A stretch of 64,000 bases of DNA from the NCBI GenBank assembly GCA_017466885.1, contig JAFTTH010000021.1, positions 6,624-70,623 on the forward strand, in the 5' to 3' direction. Positions 19,502 through 28,267 of this stretch are shown here, piece after piece. The DNA comes from Oscillospiraceae bacterium (GTDB lineage: Bacteria > Bacillota > Clostridia > Oscillospirales > Ruminococcaceae). The position numbers and the translations under genes were made by a program. Each line of letters opens with the position of its first letter. Positions within the stretch are counted from its first letter, which is position 1. Below the pieces are notes generated by a model. That model searched no databases, was not told the origin of the DNA, and was given only the letters and a program-made list of their open reading frames with translations.

Positions 19502-19936
19502 ATGGTGCAACAGGATACCATTCGCCTGCTCCGGGAGTGCGATGCCGGAGTGAAAATGGGAATTGCCTCCATTGAGGACGTGCTGGCATCGGTGCGCTCC
19601 GACCGGCTGGAGAAATACCTGACCGACTGCAAAAACGAGCACGAAAAACTCAACGATGAGATCCAGCAACTTCTCTGCAAATATCAGGATGAGGGGAAAA
19701 ACCCCAACCCAATGGCAAAGGGAATGTCCTGGATCAAAACCAACGTGATGCTGAGTATGGACGAATCGGATGCAACCATCGCCGACCTGATGACAGACGG
19801 CTGCAATATGGGAGTCAAGTCCCTCAACCGCTACCTGAACGAATACGAGGCGGCGGACGAGGTCTCCAAGGATATTGCCAAACGGTTGATTAACCTGGAG
19901 GAACGGCTGGCCATTGATATCCGTCAGTATCTGTAA
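19502..19936 (+). CDS. hypothetical helical protein
   Basis: 144-aa ORF with good RBS (AAAGGATGGG) and predicted all-helical composition. No family recognised. Confidence 0.5.
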   Translation: MVQQDTIRLLRECDAGVKMGIASIEDVLASVRSDRLEKYLTDCKNEHEKLNDEIQQLLCKYQDEGKNPNPMAKGMSWIKTNVMLSMDESDATIADLMTDGCNMGVKSLNRYLNEYEAADEVSKDIAKRLINLEERLAIDIRQYL

Positions 19937-19943
19937 AAAAAGG

Positions 19944-19978
19944 ACCGGTATTGCCTGATTTGGGCAATACCGGTTTTT
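19944..19978. terminator. bidirectional intrinsic terminator
   Basis: 12-bp perfect stem ACCGGTATTGCC / GGCAATACCGGT, with an A-run before and TTTTT after. It sits between convergent genes. Confidence 0.8.
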
Positions 19979-19988
19979 CTGTCTGCAC

Positions 19989-20255
19989 TTATCCTTCCAG
20001 CGCGCGGGTCAGAACGCTCCGGATGATCTCCTTGGTGGCGGCACCCTCGTGGAGCTTTTCCTCCCCCAAAAAGAAGGTGGGCACCTTCCAGTAATCGTAC
20101 CGGTCGGCAAGCTCCGATTCTTTGTTTTCATCGATCTTGCGGATGGAAACCGCGGCGAATTCGGGGTTTTCTTCCATCAGTTCCTCCAGCCAAATGGCCG
20201 CCTGCTCGCAGTAGGGGCATTTTTGTTGGTGGAAAAAAAGCAGCTGGTGCATCAC
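19989..20255 (-). CDS. glutaredoxin/thioredoxin-fold protein
   Basis: 88 aa with a CPYC active-site motif near the N-terminus and a VPTFF motif. Confidence 0.65.
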   Translation of the reverse strand: MMHQLLFFHQQKCPYCEQAAIWLEELMEENPEFAAVSIRKIDENKESELADRYDYWKVPTFFLGEEKLHEGAATKEIIRSVLTRALEG

Positions 20256-20309
20256 GCATTCTCCTTTTCATTTCGTTCTTTTTAGTATATCCCCAAAAAA
20301 TCAAAAATG

Positions 20310-21248
20310 TTACAGAGAGGGAGAAAAAAGCTCCCGGCTTTTGGCACAATCGGCGGCAATGGCGGCCCGCAGAGCGGAAATATCGGAAAACTTTTCCTCG
20401 GAGCGGAGATATCCGATCAGCCGCACCTCCACCCGCTTGCCGTACAGATCGCCTGAGAAGCCCTCAATATAGGTTTCGGAGAGGGGACGGTCGCTCCCCA
20501 CCGTCGGCTTGACGCCGATATTGGTCACAGAGGAGTAGTGTTTCCCGTCCAGAATGGTCTCGGAGGCGTATACTCCGAACCGGGGAATCAGCTTCCCCTC
20601 CGAAAAATACTGATTGATGGTAGGAAAGGAAAGGGTCCGACCGATTCGGTTGCCCTCCTCCACCGGGAAGGAGTAACCGTACCGGTAGCCCAGAAGGTCG
20701 GCGGCTGACTGGGCGTCCCCCTCCAAAAGAAGCTGGCGAATCCGCCGGGAGCAGACCGGCTCACCCTCCGACTGCAGGCGGGGCAGAACCTTCAAAGGGA
20801 TTCCCTCGGCTTTGCAAAGTGCCTCCAGCACCGAAACGTCCGCCGCGGCATTTTTCGCAAAACGGAAATCCTCCCCGCAGCAAAGAACCTCCGCACGGAT
20901 CCAGGAGCGGAGCACCCGCTGAAAAAATTCCTCGGCACTCATCTCCATAAATTCGGAAAAAACCGGGCAGAAGACCCGCTCGATCCCCGCCTTGGCCAGG
21001 AGAGCGTCCCGCTCGGAGGGGGTGGTCAGGGCGGAATTTTGCCGTTCATTGGCGCGGGAGGAGCGGTCTGCAGTGTAGGTAAAGGCGGCAGGGCGAAGAC
21101 TTTGCCCGGCAAAGGAGCAGGCGGCCTCCAGCACCGTTTGGTGACCGCGGTGCACGCCGTCAAAATACCCCAGCGCAACGGCGGAAGGGGTGTCAGGTGT
21201 TTCCCGGCCGATTTTGGTGTATCGTTCCAATCTGCTCACCTCCCCCAA
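20310..21248 (-). CDS. ribF: bifunctional riboflavin kinase / FMN adenylyltransferase
   Basis: GYFDGVHRGH nucleotidyltransferase motif and a C-terminal riboflavin kinase domain. The true start may be a TTG at 21230 (GGAGG 8 nt upstream) rather than 21248. Confidence 0.9.
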   Translation of the reverse strand: MGEVSRLERYTKIGRETPDTPSAVALGYFDGVHRGHQTVLEAACSFAGQSLRPAAFTYTADRSSRANERQNSALTTPSERDALLAKAGIERVFCPVFSEFMEMSAEEFFQRVLRSWIRAEVLCCGEDFRFAKNAAADVSVLEALCKAEGIPLKVLPRLQSEGEPVCSRRIRQLLLEGDAQSAADLLGYRYGYSFPVEEGNRIGRTLSFPTINQYFSEGKLIPRFGVYASETILDGKHYSSVTNIGVKPTVGSDRPLSETYIEGFSGDLYGKRVEVRLIGYLRSEEKFSDISALRAAIAADCAKSRELFSPSL

Positions 21249-22132
21249 AGGGTCTTGAAGGGCTTCAGCTCCCGGGTGGCCGGGATGCGCTGGCCGATTC
21301 CGATAAATTCCCCGTCAGCCCCCGCAATGCGGAAAAACTCTCCTGCCTCCCGGATGGGCGGCATACGGTTTAGGTCAAGGGAAGCACCGTTGGAGTAGAG
21401 CTTGGTCTGAAAGGGGTTGAGGGTGATTTTGGGGAGGGAGAGGAAAGCAAGCTCTGTGGGGAGAAGGAGGGATTCAAACTGTCCCTCCGCGGCGGCCTTC
21501 TGTAACTCCTCCAGAGTATGGCAGGATTTTTGGTCAAACCCGGCGGACATTGTCCTCCGGATGGAGGTCAGCACCGCGCCGCATCCCAGCTTCTGACCAA
21601 TATCGTGACAGATGGTGCGGATATAAGTTCCCTTGGAGCAGGTGACGGCGATCCGGTATTCCCCCGAAATGTCATCATATCTGCAGGAAAGATCCTCCAA
21701 AAAGATGGGACGGGCTTCCCGTTCTACCTCCAGCCCCTGCCGGGCAAGATCGTAAAGCCGCACCCCTCCCACCTGAACGGCCGAGACCATAGGTGGAAGC
21801 TGCATAGAATGTCCCCGGAAGGATTCTGCCGCGGAAATGACCTCCTCCGGGGAGGGCAGAGGCCCTTCCACAGGGGTCAGCTCTCCCCAGATATCCTGGG
21901 TGTTGCTGGTGTATCCCAGCCGGAAGGTGGCGTGGTACCGCTTGCGGGTATCAGGCAGAATGTCCACCGCCCGGGTCGCTTGTCCGAAAAAGAGGGGCAG
22001 AACGCCGGTTGCCTGGGGATCAAGGGTGCCGCCGTGTCCGATCTTGCGGAAACGGGAGATCCCCCGCACCTTGGCGATCACGTCAAAGGAGGTGAAGTCT
22101 GCCGGTTTATCAATGAGAAGAATGCCGTTCAT
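21236..22132 (-). CDS. truB: tRNA pseudouridine(55) synthase
   Basis: GILLIDKP and HGGTLDP catalytic-Asp motifs. 298 aa. Confidence 0.93.
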   Translation of the reverse strand: MNGILLIDKPADFTSFDVIAKVRGISRFRKIGHGGTLDPQATGVLPLFFGQATRAVDILPDTRKRYHATFRLGYTSNTQDIWGELTPVEGPLPSPEEVISAAESFRGHSMQLPPMVSAVQVGGVRLYDLARQGLEVEREARPIFLEDLSCRYDDISGEYRIAVTCSKGTYIRTICHDIGQKLGCGAVLTSIRRTMSAGFDQKSCHTLEELQKAAAEGQFESLLLPTELAFLSLPKITLNPFQTKLYSNGASLDLNRMPPIREAGEFFRIAGADGEFIGIGQRIPATRELKPFKTLWGR

Positions 22133-22133
22133 T

Positions 22134-22895
22134 TCAGTTCCGTTCCTGTCTTTGTTTTTGGGAGTCGGAGGCCCGGCGCAAAGCCGCCAGCTCCTCCTTT
22201 TTCAGCTCCCGCCACTGACCCGGCTGGAGCATTCCCAGCTTGAGGGGGCCGATGGCGGTGCGCTTCAGCCGGGCAACCTCCAGCCCAACCGCCTCGCACA
22301 TCCGGCGGATCTGACGGTTCTTTCCTTCCCGGATCACAATCTCCATCACGCTCCGGCCCTGACCGGAGGAGATGACGTGGACAGTAGCGGGAAGGGTATG
22401 CTCCCCACCGTCCAGAGTAACGCCCACCGATAAATGGGAGACCTGCTCCTCCGTTACCTCGGGGCGGACAGTAACCCGGTAGACCCGGGGCATATGGCTT
22501 CTGGGGTGGATGATCTGGTTGGCGAAGGCGCCGTCGTCGGTCATCAGAAGGAGGCCCTCCGAGTTGCGGTCCAGCCGGCCCACCGGATAAACCCGGGCAG
22601 GAATATCCTCCACCAGCTCGGTGACGCATTTCCGGCCCCGATCGTCCTCCATAGAGGTCAGATATCCTCGGGGCTTATGAAGCATAATATAATAATACTG
22701 ACGTTTCCCCCGGAGCTCCAGCCGCTCCCCGCTGATGGCAATCACATCCCGGCGGGGGTCCACCTTCATTCCGATGAGAGCGGGTCTGCCGTTGACGGTG
22801 ACCTGACCCTTTTCGATCAGCTCCTCAGCTTTTCTGCGGGAGGTATAGCCGCTATCGGCGATGACTTTTTGAATCCGATCCAGTTTCTTTTCCAT
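22134..22895 (-). CDS. rluB: pseudouridine synthase, RsuA/RluB family (S4 domain plus catalytic domain)
   Basis: S4 motif (RIQKVIADSGYTSRRKAEELI) and catalytic GRLDRNSEGLLL. Start reset to ATG 22895. Confidence 0.85.
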   Translation of the reverse strand: MEKKLDRIQKVIADSGYTSRRKAEELIEKGQVTVNGRPALIGMKVDPRRDVIAISGERLELRGKRQYYYIMLHKPRGYLTSMEDDRGRKCVTELVEDIPARVYPVGRLDRNSEGLLLMTDDGAFANQIIHPRSHMPRVYRVTVRPEVTEEQVSHLSVGVTLDGGEHTLPATVHVISSGQGRSVMEIVIREGKNRQIRRMCEAVGLEVARLKRTAIGPLKLGMLQPGQWRELKKEELAALRRASDSQKQRQERN

Positions 22896-22946
22896 AATAA
22901 CGATCCTTTCTGATAATATCCGGCTCACGCCGGGACAAAGGGCGGG

Positions 22947-23315
22947 TTACAGCGCGGCTCTGTTCAAGCTGACGCAGACGCTGACTGTATCAAAATCGGC
23001 AGCGATGGGTGCCCGGGGCTTATGAAGGGTAATCTCCACCTCATCCAGCAGGGGGAACTCCTCCAAAAGGATCCGGCAGAGCTTTCCCGCCGCGGCCTCG
23101 ATGGTGTCAAAGCAGTCGGTATCCATACTGCGGCGAATGGCCTTGACCGCAGAGGAGTAGTTGACGGTATCCTCCAGGGCATCACTTTTGCAGACGGGGG
23201 TAAGATCCAGCGTTAATGTGGCATCCACCACAAAGATCTGTCCCTTTTGTTTTTCAAAATCATTGACCCCGTGCCGCCCAAAGCAGCGAAGGCCCTTGAT
23301 GAGTATCTTTCCCAT
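22947..23315 (-). CDS. folB: dihydroneopterin aldolase
   Basis: 122 aa. The pattern GLRCFGRHGV..EK..GQ.F.VD is typical of FolB. Confidence 0.82.
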   Translation of the reverse strand: MGKILIKGLRCFGRHGVNDFEKQKGQIFVVDATLTLDLTPVCKSDALEDTVNYSSAVKAIRRSMDTDCFDTIEAAAGKLCRILLEEFPLLDEVEITLHKPRAPIAADFDTVSVCVSLNRAAL

Positions 23316-23327
23316 GGTATTGTCCTC

Positions 23328-24713
23328 TCAATCCAGTTTATTGACCAGGTCCTTATAATAGTTGCCCCGCACCTCAAAGTTTTTGAAGGCGTCAAAGCTG
23401 GCACAGGCGGGGGAAAGGGTCACAACCTCCCCTTCCTTGGCGACGTCCGCAGCCAGCTTTACGGCATCCTCCAAACAGGAAACCTTGAAGATGGTCAGCT
23501 TTTCGGGGTCGTAAGCCGGGCAGGAGGTCACGGCAGCCTTGATTTTATCAGCGGTTACGCCGGTCAGGATCAGCACCCGGACGTTTTGGCAAACCGGCTC
23601 AGCCAGGGGCTCAAAGGGGATTTTTTTGTCATAGCCGCCGGCAATGAGAATCAGAGGAACATCAAAGGAGCGGAGGCCGGCGATGGTGCGGGTGGGGCTG
23701 GTGGCGATGGAATCGTTATAATACCGGACCCCTCTCAGCTCCCGGACAAACTCGATCCGGTGCTCCACCCCGGGAAACTCCCGGGCAACCTTTTCAAAAA
23801 GCGCGGGATCAATGTCCCCGTAAAGGGCGGTAATGGCAGTCAGGAAATTCTCAACGTTATGCTCTCCGGGAATCCGGATGGCTTTTTTATCAAAGAGGGG
23901 GGTAACCGCTCCCTTCTCCTGCCAGCAGAGAGTGCCATCCTCCCGGAGGAAAGCACCCAGCTCTGGGCGGGAGGAATAGGAAAAAGCGCGAAGCTGACCC
24001 CGCACATCCCCGGCAAGGGAGTATGCAGTGGGATCGTCCAGGTTAAGGATGGCGCGGCCGAAGCCGTCCTGATGAAGCAGAAGGTTGCGCTTGCAGTTGA
24101 TATACTCCTCCATGGTGCCGTGAACATCCAGGTGGTTGGGGGTGATATTGGTAATGACAGCCACATCCGGACTCTGCCGCATAGACATCAGCTGGAAGCT
24201 GGAAAGCTCCACCACCGCGCAATCCTCCGGTGTCATTTCCTCCACCAGAGGAAGAAGTGCCTTGCCGATATTGCCTCCCAGCCAGACCCGTTTTCCGGCG
24301 GCGGAGAGCAGAGCGGCGATCAGAGAGGTGGTGGTGGTTTTACCGTCACTGCCGGTAACAGCGTAAATCCTGCAGGGGCAGAGACGGAAGAAAAGCTCCA
24401 TTTCAGAGGTGACGATGGCATCCTTCCGGAGTTGGGCAATCTCCGGCTTTCCGAAATACATTCCGGGGGTGCGGAAAATAATATCGGCAGAAAGACCGTC
24501 CAGATACCCCTCCCCACAGCGCATGGTCACGCCGAGACGCTCAAATTCCTCCCTCTCGGGGATGGATGAGGCCTCTCTCCGGTCACAGACGGTGACACGG
24601 ATTCCTTTCCGGGCAAAGAGCCTGATGCAATCGGTATGGCTGACGCCAACGCCGATAAACGCCACGTGGCGATCCTTGATGGAATGAAAAAAATCTTCTG
24701 CGGTGCGATTCAT
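23328..24713 (-). CDS. murD: UDP-N-acetylmuramoyl-L-alanine--D-glutamate ligase
   Basis: Mur ligase P-loop VTGSDGKTTTT, an N-terminal Rossmann-like GVGVS motif, and a C-terminal Mur ligase domain. Start reset to ATG 24713. Confidence 0.9.
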   Translation of the reverse strand: MNRTAEDFFHSIKDRHVAFIGVGVSHTDCIRLFARKGIRVTVCDRREASSIPEREEFERLGVTMRCGEGYLDGLSADIIFRTPGMYFGKPEIAQLRKDAIVTSEMELFFRLCPCRIYAVTGSDGKTTTTSLIAALLSAAGKRVWLGGNIGKALLPLVEEMTPEDCAVVELSSFQLMSMRQSPDVAVITNITPNHLDVHGTMEEYINCKRNLLLHQDGFGRAILNLDDPTAYSLAGDVRGQLRAFSYSSRPELGAFLREDGTLCWQEKGAVTPLFDKKAIRIPGEHNVENFLTAITALYGDIDPALFEKVAREFPGVEHRIEFVRELRGVRYYNDSIATSPTRTIAGLRSFDVPLILIAGGYDKKIPFEPLAEPVCQNVRVLILTGVTADKIKAAVTSCPAYDPEKLTIFKVSCLEDAVKLAADVAKEGEVVTLSPACASFDAFKNFEVRGNYYKDLVNKLD

Positions 24714-24791
24714 AAACAGGACTTCCTTTCCCGGACTCATAAATTCTTCCATTTTATAGTATACGCGATTTGGGCGGAAAATGCAACCGGA

Positions 24792-25607
24792 TCAGATTTC
24801 CGAAGGGGACAAAAGAGCAAGATTCCGCCGCAGGACACCCGGCCCCCGAAAGCCGAAGGCCCGTTCCTTGCAAAGAAGATCCAAAGCATCCTCGGAAACG
24901 GAAAAAACAGGATCCTCAGTAATTGGCCATTCTTCCGGGAGAGCGGCCCGGATGTTATGGGGACAGACCTCCTGGCAGACATCGCAGCCCCATGCAGAGC
25001 CGCCTCTTTGGATCAAAAGGATTTCCCCGGGGGTCAGATCCCCCTTCTTTTGGGTGATGTGAGAAAGACAGTTTTCTGCGCAAAAGCCCTCCCGGAGGGT
25101 ACCGGTGGGGCAAGCCTCCCGGCATTTTCCGCAGCTTCCGCAGCCCTGAATGGGTTGCGGCGGGGCATTGAGCGGGAGGGTGGTAATCAGTTCTCCAATA
25201 AAGACAAAGCTACCGTACCGCGGGCTGATCAGCAGGCGGTTCTCTCCCATCATTCCAAGGCCGGCGCGGGCGGCGCAGGATACCTCGTCAATGGGGGAAT
25301 GGTCGGTGAAGGAAACAAAGGCTTCCCCGGGGAAATGTTTTTCCAACTCTTCTGCCGCCCGGTTCAAAAGGGCGGGAACTGTTTTATGATAATCGGGGAC
25401 GACGGCGTACCGGGAGATATTCCGTCCCGGATATTCTGCCAAACGGTAGGGGAATAAAACCAGAATGATCCCGGCGGGCTTGGGAGGCAGACGGCGAAGG
25501 GAGGAGTTTTGCATGACTGCCAGATCGGCAGTATAATCAAGAAAGCCGACCTCCTCCATTCCCAAGGAGGAAAAAACGGAACGGATCTGCTCCTGAACGG
25601 AGGACAT
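24792..25607 (-). CDS. queG: epoxyqueuosine reductase-like 4Fe-4S protein (QueG family, short form)
   Basis: ISRYAVVPDYH, AGLGMMGEN, CGSCGKCREACPT and CDVCQEVCP blocks. The ATG overlaps the apbE stop (TAATG). Confidence 0.65.
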   Translation of the reverse strand: MSSVQEQIRSVFSSLGMEEVGFLDYTADLAVMQNSSLRRLPPKPAGIILVLFPYRLAEYPGRNISRYAVVPDYHKTVPALLNRAAEELEKHFPGEAFVSFTDHSPIDEVSCAARAGLGMMGENRLLISPRYGSFVFIGELITTLPLNAPPQPIQGCGSCGKCREACPTGTLREGFCAENCLSHITQKKGDLTPGEILLIQRGGSAWGCDVCQEVCPHNIRAALPEEWPITEDPVFSVSEDALDLLCKERAFGFRGPGVLRRNLALLSPSEI

Positions 25608-26602
25608 TACGCCACCTCCTCGTAGGTGATCCGGATCACCTGGGTGATTTCGGGGCATTGGGCAACCAGACGGTCTCCGGTGGAGATGTCAGTGCAGAAA
25701 AGGGCGGTGGAGAAGGCATCCGCCACCGCGGCGGAGGTGGAGCAGAGGGTGATGGAGGGAAAATAGGTGGCGGGCAGAAGGGTCTCGGGATCAATGATAT
25801 GGTGATACCGCACCCCCTCCACCATCCGATACCGCTGGTAATCCCCCGAGGTGACAAGATGTTCATCTGCAAGGGGAAGGGTGCGGAGCACCTCTCCCGT
25901 TTGAGAGCGGGGATGGGCGATTCCCACCCGGAAGGGCGTTTGGGGAGCTTTTTCTCCCACCGCCGTCACGCTCCCCCCGAAATTGAGAAGAAAACAGTCG
26001 AAGCCGGCCTCCTTGGCGGCCGCGGCAATTCGGTCAGCGGCAAACCCCTTGGCAATCCCTCCAAGATCCAGCAGGATGCCCTCCCGCAGTGTCACCGTTC
26101 CGGCAGCAGAGTCAATGACCAGCGCAGAGGGATCAGCGCCCTCCATCAGCGGACGAAGCTCTTCCGGGTCGGGAGGGAGAAGGGTATCCGAGGAGAGAAA
26201 CTCCCGGTAGCGGGCAGTAACCCGCCCCATATAAATATTGAACCGCCCCTCCGTTTTGCGGTAAAGGTCGGCAGAAAGAGTCAGCAACTCCAAAAGCTCC
26301 GGATCCACCGAAACAGCCTGTCCGGCGGAATCGTTTATCGTTTTGAGGTTGGAAAGACCGTCGTAGGTATCAAAGGCGTCAAAAAGAGAATGGTAGTGGG
26401 CCAGCTTTTGGGCCAGGAAATCGGTCAGCCGGTCAAAGTCGCCGGCTGAAATTCCCTGGGCGGAAAGGGTGACTACCGTGTCAAAATATCCCAGGATCTG
26501 GGTTGTGTGCTTTTGTTCCCCACAACCGGAAAGGGTGCCTGCAACGATTCCAGCCGCCATCATCCAAGCGATTATCCGGCGCATCCGACCCATCACAGCC
26601 AC
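25607..26602 (-). CDS. apbE: FAD:protein FMN transferase (ApbE family lipoprotein)
   Basis: Lipobox LSGC, DLGGIAKG motif and HHIIDP motif. Confidence 0.85.
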   Translation of the reverse strand: MAVMGRMRRIIAWMMAAGIVAGTLSGCGEQKHTTQILGYFDTVVTLSAQGISAGDFDRLTDFLAQKLAHYHSLFDAFDTYDGLSNLKTINDSAGQAVSVDPELLELLTLSADLYRKTEGRFNIYMGRVTARYREFLSSDTLLPPDPEELRPLMEGADPSALVIDSAAGTVTLREGILLDLGGIAKGFAADRIAAAAKEAGFDCFLLNFGGSVTAVGEKAPQTPFRVGIAHPRSQTGEVLRTLPLADEHLVTSGDYQRYRMVEGVRYHHIIDPETLLPATYFPSITLCSTSAAVADAFSTALFCTDISTGDRLVAQCPEITQVIRITYEEVA

Positions 26603-26648
26603 CCCTTTCTATTACATTTGGTAATATTATAACACAATAATACGGATA

Positions 26649-27530
26649 TTATAAAAAATCCTCTCCCAGCAACCGGGAAACAGAAACTCGGATTCCCTCC
26701 TCCAAATCAATGGATGGACGGCGCTCTGCCAGGGAACGAAGCCGCTTCTCCAACACAAGACGACCCTTCTGTTCTCCGGGATGGGTCTGCGCCCAGGCGG
26801 AGAAGGTTCGGTCAAAGAGGAGGGCATCCTCCGGCTGATACCGGTGGAGATAGAAGACTGCACCAAAGGAATCCTTCCCGCGGAAGGTAAGCGGAATGTA
26901 TAATGGGAGATTTTTATACATTTTGTAATGATACTGAAAGAATGCGGTGCAAAAATATTCCCGGAGAGAGTCCCGGGGAGAGTCAGCTCCACCGGTGAGC
27001 CCCTCCGAAAGGAAGAGCAGGTTTTCTTCCAGAGCATCCGCGCCATAGGCGGCGGTAAGGAACTCCTCCAAAAGGCGGATCAGGTCGTTGGGATGGTTGG
27101 GGAGTCCCCGCAGGAGAATGAGATTTTCCGCCACTGCGCCAAAGGGGTCGGAGGGAGAGAGGTAGGCCCGGTCCCCTTTCTGCAGGTAGCTTTGAAAGAA
27201 ATTGCCGCCGGCAAAGATCAACCCCTCCCGGTCAAGGCTATATCGCCCGAAGGCGCAGCAGAGAAAGTAACTCATCAGGGAGGCAAGCTCCCGGGTAAGC
27301 TCCGGTTCAGGGGCAGTCAAATCCTTTTGACGGACGGCGGGGGAAAGGGTATCATCCAAACGGTAAAGGTCAATAAAGCGGCGGTTCAGCTCCTCCTCCA
27401 GGGTGCAAAGACGTTCCCGGCGGGATTGCATTGCCGCGGCGCGCTCCCGGTATCGGTCAGAAAGAAGAATCCTCAAAGGAGCCACCCCCCTCCGGAAGTT
27501 TGCTTGTGGCAAAGCGCGGATGCTTTGCAA
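26649..27530 (-). pseudogene. C-terminal fragment of a BREX PglX-type (type IIG-like) N6-adenine DNA methyltransferase
   Basis: Blocks LNRRFIDLYRLDD, SYFLCCAFGRYSLDREGLIFAGG, YHYKMYKNLPLY..AVFYLHRY and IDLEEGIRV occur in the same order as the last roughly 300 aa of approximately 1200-aa PglX proteins (recalled consensus). No SAM-binding or NPPY region lies upstream. Confidence 0.5.
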
Positions 27531-28242
27531 AGGGGGACTTGATCAGACAAAGGCGGTCAATACAGCCACCGCACCGAAGGACGGAAGATGTTTCGGGGAA
27601 AAACCGCTGGGGATGCCGCAAGAAGGTGATCTCCCACCAGACCATCCGGATCAAGGCCGGCAGGATCAGACTCAGGGAGAAAAATCCGCCCAGAAAATAA
27701 AGAGGGGAGACGATCATTAGCCGATCCCAGCAAAGGATCCGGCAGCTTTTGCAGCAGCGATTGCGCATCAGAAACCGCTGAAAAGGACACCAAAACAGGA
27801 CGCACATCCGGTCCAAAACCAGCAAAACAAGGGTCAGGAGAAATAGAAACATTGGGGTAAAAATCCCCACAAGATGCAATACCCCCACCAGGACGGATAA
27901 GCTGCACCAAAGTGCCGCAACCCGCAGAGCGCCCCGGTTTGCCTTTCGGATCTGTTCTGTTGGGCGGGGGGTAGATTTTAACGCAGGAAGGGTGGCTTTG
28001 GGGGAAAGCTTTTCCCAGCCGGAGAGGGGATTGGCCTTCCGCGGGATCAGGGAAAAGATTGTTTCCACCATTAAGTAGCCCCAAAAGAGGTGCAGGAGGG
28101 TAAACCCGGAAAAAAAGTTCATCCCCTCCAAAGGGGAAAAAGCATCTGGGTCAAAGATTGCAAGGAGGATTCCTCCAAGAAGAATGATTCCCCGGAGGAA
28201 AAAGGTGATGAACCGTTTGGCAAATCGGCGACTCATCCGCAT
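27457..28242 (-). CDS. hypothetical polytopic membrane protein with Cys-rich segments
   Basis: About 6 hydrophobic helices, with CPFQRFLMRNRCCKSCRILCW and CGGCIDRLC clusters. Start ATG 28242 behind AAAGGAG. The 3' end overlaps the PglX-like ORF by about 74 nt. Confidence 0.5.
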   Translation of the reverse strand: MRMSRRFAKRFITFFLRGIILLGGILLAIFDPDAFSPLEGMNFFSGFTLLHLFWGYLMVETIFSLIPRKANPLSGWEKLSPKATLPALKSTPRPTEQIRKANRGALRVAALWCSLSVLVGVLHLVGIFTPMFLFLLTLVLLVLDRMCVLFWCPFQRFLMRNRCCKSCRILCWDRLMIVSPLYFLGGFFSLSLILPALIRMVWWEITFLRHPQRFFPETSSVLRCGGCIDRLCLIKSPFAKHPRFATSKLPEGGGSFEDSSF

Positions 28243-28267
28243 AAAAGGGGGGCTCCTTTCAGATTGA

